The notes under the pieces were generated by a model. The model made no database searches, was not told the DNA's origin, and worked only from the letters and a program-made list of their open reading frames with translations. Source: Rhina ancylostomus (lineage: Eukaryota). From it: a stretch of DNA of 64,000 nucleotides. Shown here piece by piece: positions 63,561 through 64,000 of the stretch (its first letter is position 1; each line of letters begins with the position of its first letter). A program made the translations under genes and the position numbers. The stretch is from positions 30,310,694 to 30,374,693 of the forward strand of contig JARFYF010000022.1 in the NCBI GenBank assembly GCA_030265395.1, read 5' to 3'.

Positions 63561-63858
63561 ACAGGCACGGCAGTGTAGCAGTTAGCATCATGTTATTACA
63601 GAGCAAGTGGCCTGGGTTCAATTCCGGCTGCTGTGTGTAAGGAGCTTGTACGTTCTCCTTGTGACTGTTTAGGTTTCGTCCAGGTGTTCCAGTTTCCTCC
63701 CACATTCCGAAGACATATGGGTTAGGAGTTGTGGTCATGCTATGTTGGCACTGGAAGCATGACACCACTTGCGGGCTGCCCCCAGAACATTCTACGCAAA
63801 GATGCATTTCACTAAGTGTTTCAATGTACATGTGACTAATAAAGAAATCTTATTTTAT
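63561..63858 (+). mobile_element. Young V-SINE, full length
   Basis: A and B boxes, V core and tail gtacatgtgactaataaagaaatctta. Third copy of this family. Confidence 0.92.
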
Positions 63859-64000
63859 CCTTTCTTAGATCTGATTTCAGTATCCACCTAATGTGCAGAA
63901 AATTGTATCTCCATTCTTTAATGGACTCTTAACTTATGAGTGAATTTAAAATAGAAAATTATTTTTAAGTGCTGTATAGGTTAATAATTGCAATGTGTAC

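Overview
AT-rich vertebrate genomic DNA. The repeat landscape (CR1, L2, RTE and Rex1-like LINE fragments, V-type and Deu-type tRNA SINEs, Penelope-derived fold-back elements) points to a cartilaginous fish, probably a ray or shark; this is an inference. The window lies inside the SOX6 gene on the minus strand. Two coding exons are clear: 58448-58380 ([23 protein letters not shown], the Q-box) and 10894-10774 ([41 protein letters not shown]). They are separated by a 47,485-bp phase-0 intron, and the neighbouring exons were not found in the window. None of the supplied ORFs is a credible gene. The rest is decayed transposons, several unique motif-dense blocks that look like conserved enhancers, and 11 assembly gaps. 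I found no clearly new biological system. The best leads are: (1) an 80-nt near-perfect hairpin at 48811-48890 enclosing a complete in-frame 9-nt microexon on the SOX6 sense strand, where the only two stem mismatches are the -1 and +5 G of the donor site; (2) other cryptic, micro- or poison-exon candidates in the same intron; (3) decayed hammerhead-ribozyme cores in Penelope-derived elements. Repeat family names come from recall of consensus sequences, not a database search, and repeat boundaries are approximate.
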